Part shown: in pieces, positions 63,805-64,000 of the stretch
Numbering within the stretch: the stretch's first letter is position 1
Layout: each line of letters opens with the position of its first letter
NCBI RefSeq assembly: GCF_018350175.1
Contig: NC_058368.1
Location: 52,640,001 to 52,704,000 of the forward strand
Origin: Felis catus
Taxonomy: Eukaryota
Reading direction: 5' to 3'
DNA length: 64,000 bases
Notes under the pieces: generated by a model
Told to the model about the DNA's origin: nothing
What the model saw: only the letters and a program-made list of their open reading frames with translations
Databases searched by the model: none
Program-made: the position numbers and the translations under genes

Positions 63805-64000
63805 TTTTTTTTTTTTATTGTAGAGATAGAACATGAGCAGGGGAGAGGGGTACAGGGAGGGAGGGGGACAGAGAGAGAGAGAGAGAAGGGGGGGTGGGGA
63901 GAGAGGGAAAGAGAATTTTAAGCAGACGCCACACTCAGTGCGCAGCCTGATGCGGGGCTCCATCCCACAATCCTGGGATCATAACCAAAGCCCAAATCAA
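63805..64000 (-). mobile_element. CAN-SINE, truncated by window end
   Basis: Poly-T then GA-rich segment and SINE body. Confidence 0.8.

Noticed and set aside
1..64000. CRISPR arrays, operons, rRNA or other prokaryote-type systems
   Set aside because: The window is mammalian intron/exon DNA; no repeat-spacer arrays or structural RNA genes were seen.

Overview
Mammalian genomic DNA, almost certainly from a carnivore and most likely a felid, judging by the many feline-type tRNA-derived CAN-SINEs. Two protein-coding genes lie on the minus strand. (1) POU4F1 (Brn3a) is complete: 2 coding exons (22985-22863 and 22168-21026), 421 aa, with a TATA promoter and a long 3'UTR. It sits in a cluster of CpG islands (~6-30 kb) that has no CAN-SINEs. 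(2) OBI1 (RNF219) is present as exons 2-6 (61643-33923); exon 1 lies beyond the right edge, and its introns are rich in SINE, L2, MIR, DNA-transposon and MaLR copies. I see no wholly new gene system. The best second-look signals are regulatory or structural: a 152-nt adenosine-free stretch and a ~357-nt AG-free zone before the POU4F1 3' splice site, which forces a distant branch point; uORFs and a perfect 22-bp palindrome in the POU4F1 leader; AT-rich clusters of POU-IV-type sites embedded in CpG islands on both sides of POU4F1; two SINEs inserted in succession at one site, leaving a triplicated TSD; and a SINE-tail-derived intronic (GAA)16. Gene and repeat-family names come from recognition, not from database searches.
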